A stretch of DNA of 64,000 bases from Lama guanicoe (lineage: Eukaryota), in assembly GCA_013239625.1 (NCBI GenBank), contig MU053934.1, positions 8,019,352-8,083,351 on the forward strand. Reading direction: 5' to 3'. Shown piece after piece: positions 61,201 to 64,000 of the stretch (position 1 is its first letter; each line of letters begins with the position of its first letter). The translations under genes and the position numbers were made by a program. Below the pieces are notes generated by a model. The model saw only the letters and a program-made list of their open reading frames with translations. It ran no database searches and was not told the origin of the DNA.

Positions 61201-64000
61201 GTGGTGTTCTCTGGGGGAAATAATCATGGGGACCAAATAAACAGGTGTCTTGCTCATATATATACCGCTGTTTTCCAGTTTTTCACGGTTTCCATTGCAC
61301 TTCAGAAAACGAGCTTAAAAGCTGTGCTGAATGTGTTTTCTCTGTCTGAAAAGTACAGCTGCTGGTGCGAGGAGGAGGTCTGTTAAATTTGCTGTTAGAA
61401 AAGGGGTCCCCAGGCTCTGAAAGCTCAGGGATCCGAGCTGAGAGCCCCCTTCTGTTGTGGCTCCGTGGCCTCCTGACCCCACCCCCACAGCCTGCTGATC
61501 AGCCCCCCGGCTCTGTCTTTTCAACCTAAGGTCTTTTCTGGAATAGCTCTGGTCATCGGTGCGTTTTGTCCCCTCCTTTCTGGCTGATGTCTGCTGCCTA
61601 TGAAGACTCAGAAGTTATGCTTGGCTCAGGTCAACGAGTGTGTGTTTGTTCTGGATGTTCCAACTCTTGGGGTAAGCAGGCTAGGTCCTGGCTCCATTTC
61701 TTTCTAGTCATGTGACCTTGATCTTCCTCACTGGTAAAGTGACCATGACCAAGGCAGTCCACTCGCTCTATTGAGGACCCCTGTGGCCGTCCACGCCTGC
61801 CCGGAGCAAGACCTGGGAGAGCCAAGCTGCCTCCTCTGTATCACTGCCCACTGCTGTTCTGTCTCCCCAATCCCTCTCCTGGCTAGCACCTGCCTTTGGC
61901 GTCCAGGACCATAAGAGCTTTCTAAGATTTCTTCAGTGTCCGTGACTTCCCCATATCTCTTATTTTGTGGAGAGGACCTTGTAGTTGGGTGGCCCTGGTT
62001 CCAACAGGAAAGTCTGCATTTAGTTGCCTCCTTGGCCGAGTTGCCTGCTTGCTGAGCCTCCACGAGCCGGTCTGTAGTGGCACCCTGGTCCCCGGCTGTC
62101 GGGAGCCTGAGTGAGCTCAGGTTTGAGGGTGTGGGTAGGCAGGCCCTCGATAGAGGCAGACTTCCGTCCTCAGTGGCACATGCCTGTAGTCTCTGTTCCC
62201 ACCCTGCGGGCCTTTCTGGGTTGAGGGATTTCAAGCTGGGTGTGGCATGGGACAAGACAAGGGAACTTGAAAATGAAGAGCTGGCAGTTAGCTAAATGGG
62301 ACTTCAGAAGCACCCTCTGTCTTCCTGGCTTGTTAGCCAGCCTCCTGCTACAGGGCGACCCAGGGCAGAAGGACATGCCTCCCCTGCCTGCTAGGAACGT
62401 GGGGAAGGAGACTGGCAGCTTCTCCCTACACCCTGTGGGCCAGGCTCCTGTAAGATGTGACTGCAAAGTTGCCTCCTCCAGGAAGCCTGCCTGAAATGCC
62501 TTCCTGGGTCCTTGGCATCCTCACATACCTCCATTATTTGTCTCCTGGATGCTGAGGCCCTTAGGGGCAGGGCCTGGGTGTAAGTCCTTGCCCGCTGATC
62601 CAGCCCCAGGCCTGACATTAGTGGACATCCACTAAGTATTCGTTGGATGAGTAAATGAGCAGGTACAAACGGAGCCAAATCCCATCATGGTTACATGGTT
62701 ACACTGTAAAACATGCATCGAGAAATCAGACTTCTTTTACTAAGTGGAGGAAATTTAAAGTTAAAGTCAATGAATTAATGCAGCCATACCTACTCTTCCC
62801 CAGCCCCTGACTCTCTCACCTCTCAGACGCCAGCTCCAAATAAAGGGAAATGAAGGGAACCAAGAGCTGAGATGTGTCCCTCCCATTATTTCCTCCGAAC
62901 AGAAGTTTCCGTGCAGTGGGGGAGGTGGGACGAGCCTTTGAACTTGGGGTACACTTGCACAGAAGTGTTCGTCACTCGTAGAAGGCACAGAGGCGTCCGG
63001 GGAGGGGAAGGAACGTCCCTCTGAAAGGCAGGGAGCAGGTGGGTGCAGGAGGCTGCAGGTCCCTCCCCTCCAGCCATGCCGGGGACTGCCCTGCACACAG
63101 TAGGTCCACAGAACTCTCACAGTGTATCTGCTGAAAGCCCTGTGATCATCATTTTACGTGTTCTCTCACGAGTCCACAACCCCGAGGAAGAGGAGGTATG
63201 GTTACGATACGTATTTTACCGGGTATTCAGAGGACATCTCTTGAGGGCCTACTATGTGCCAGACCCTGAGCTGGGCTTTAAGGGTACAGATACGGCATCC
63301 TGTACTCAGGGACTGTGTGTTCAAGTTGGAGACGATTTATTACAACATGAAATAATAACGTCTGGGGCAGGAACAGAGTGGGGTGCTAAGCCAGTCACAG
63401 GGGACTTCAGGGTGGGCGTCCCAGGAGGGCTCTGGGAAGCATGAGAAGGGACCAGACATCTCAGGCTGGCACGAGGCTTCCAGCAGATGGACCAAAGGAG
63501 GCCTGGCTGCATCGGAACAGGCGCTGTAGTTCGGGGCTCTGCGGTTCATTCTGCCGTCCACATGGCTGACAGGAGAAGGCCTCTTGGCGCTGTGACCCTG
63601 GGCTCGGGTCAGCGGAGCCTCCAGGCAGCAGCTGTCCTGGTCGCTCAGGCTGTTGGCTGTACACTTGGCTGGTTCGGCTGTCCTTGCCTTGCCCCCAGCT
63701 GTCAGCAGTGTCCAGAGCCCTCACCCTGCCGGAGCCCTGTGGCGTCCTTGGGGAGGGAGGGCGCCCGGTTGCTAGGGCAACCAGAGGTGGGAGGCCAAGG
63801 CCTCGGGCAAGTGGCTGAGCTGCTGGCAGCCCCAGGGAGCAAGGACCAGGGCAGGCTGATCCTAGCCTTTGGGGCAGAACAGTGACCCCCGCTAGCACCT
63901 TGCCCCCTAGGATGGAGGCAGGTGCGGGATGGAGGAGGGAGTGTTGGACGTCGCTCACTGCCTCCTCCCCGTGCCTCTCAGCTTCCTGCTGCAGCCACTG

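Noticed and set aside
1..64000. The many 60-320 aa ORFs in the six-frame track as independent genes or an operon-like system
   Set aside because: This is GC-rich intron-containing mammalian DNA. The ORFs overlap on both strands, many start at non-ATG codons, and they resemble no protein I recognise beyond the SAMM50 and PARVB exons and transposon remnants.

Overview
Mammalian genomic DNA, most likely a camelid (alpaca/llama/camel), judged from tRNA-derived Vic-1-like SINEs and cetartiodactyl-type L1 3' ends. It is syntenic to the human SAMM50-PARVB locus. The + strand carries the last four coding exons and 3' UTR of SAMM50 (421-~11830), then about 20 kb of repeat-rich intergenic DNA. After that come the PARVB CpG-island promoter (partly hidden by a 223-N gap), PARVB coding exon 1 (32602-32716) and about 31 kb of its first intron. 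Almost all ORFs in the six-frame track are chance ORFs in GC-rich or repeat DNA. I see no convincing new multi-gene system. The most interesting signals are: (1) a frameshifted relic of the two upstream exons that in human encode the long alternative PARVB N-terminus; (2) an intact, TSD-flanked antisense solo LTR in PARVB intron 1 with seven CCAAT boxes (six evenly spaced), two octamers and a TATA box; (3) a SINE-L1 fragment-SINE composite that appears to have inserted as a single unit; (4) a CArG + MEF2 candidate muscle enhancer; (5) ancient hAT transposase and non-LTR reverse transcriptase fossils readable across frameshifts. Protein and repeat-family matches are from recall, not database searches, and repeat boundaries are approximate.
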